DNA of 64,000 nucleotides from Anthoceros angustus (taxonomy: Eukaryota; Plantae; Anthocerotophyta): assembly GCA_010909165.1 (NCBI GenBank), contig MU008195.1:124001-188000 (forward strand), given 5' to 3'. Both the position numbers and the translations under genes were made by a program. Positions 63,654-64,000 of this stretch are shown here, in pieces (within the stretch, counting starts at the first letter, position 1; the number at the start of each line of letters is the position of its first letter). The notes beneath the pieces are model-generated. The model saw nothing but the letters and a program-made list of their open reading frames with translations. It did not search any database and was not told where the DNA came from.

Positions 63654-64000
63654 ATGATGTCTTCATCATCGAGCGTCATGTTCAATATCGAGAAGTTAGA
63701 TGGTACTAACTTCCGTTGGAAAGAACAAGTGTATAATGTTCTAGTGCGAGCGGATCAAGCCCATAAAGTTGTTAGGCGTCAAACCGGATAGTATGACAGA
63801 TGAGTGGCGGGACTGGATGAGCTTGCTAGATCTACTATCATGCTAACATTGTCAAAAGCAGTGTACTTCAATGTGAAAGATAAGACCACGAGTTACGGTG
63901 GCGGTATGTGACACATGAGGAAAAGCGGCTTCTCGGTGTATTGGTTGAAAGCTGGTGGACTTGAAGATGAAGGAAGGGACGAGGATGTCCGATCATCGAA
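63654..64000 (+). pseudogene. Frameshifted Copia gag N-terminus (Tnt1-like)
   Basis: Fragments across frames: MFNIEKLDGTNF-RWKEQVYNVLV, VKPDSMTDEW, LDELARSTIMLTLSKAVYFNV and LVDLKMKEGTRMSDH, colinear with Tnt1-type gag. Confidence 0.85.

Larger units (their letters stand above)
53108..64000 (+). mobile_element. Ty1/Copia (Tnt1-like) LTR retrotransposon: 5' LTR, GC-rich leader interrupted by a nested Gypsy element, gag running off the window end
   Basis: LTR TGTAAGGG...CCTTCA at 53108-53354, followed by a degenerate tRNA-iMet PBS (GTATCGAGCC vs TGGTATCAGAGC). The GC-rich leader resumes at 63220 and gag starts at 63654. Confidence 0.8.

Overview
Gene-dense eukaryotic nuclear DNA from a land plant. 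Short spliceosomal introns (about 75-180 nt), GC-rich exons and tight intergenic spacing suggest a compact non-seed plant such as a hornwort; the taxon is an inference. Positions 1-49 kb hold about 14 protein-coding genes: endo-beta-mannosidase, a conserved membrane protein, a secreted Pro/His-rich and Cys-rich protein, mS45, ORC1, a BASS transporter, a KH/FUBP-like protein, a PGM-like phosphatase, GT61, an F-box protein, KAPP, SQD1, RanBPM and one unusual gene. These are separated by a few AT-rich, repeat-laden islands. Positions 51-64 kb are a transposon block: a Tnt1-like Copia element (LTR at 53108, decayed gag at 63654) whose leader is interrupted by an antisense Athila-like Gypsy element that lacks RT, RNase H and the integrase core and is flanked by a GACCC target-site duplication. 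The standout is a spliced gene of about 1,160-1,200 aa at 14908-18769. It fuses an N-terminal ParB/sulfiredoxin-like domain (DGNHR) to a C-terminal beta-class DNA amino-methyltransferase (N6-adenine/N4-cytosine family). This is a bacterial/phage-type architecture carrying plant introns, including a GC-AG intron inside the SAM-binding motif, and its catalytic motif is non-canonical (DVPT instead of DPPY). All family calls come from motif recognition by eye; no database searches were run.
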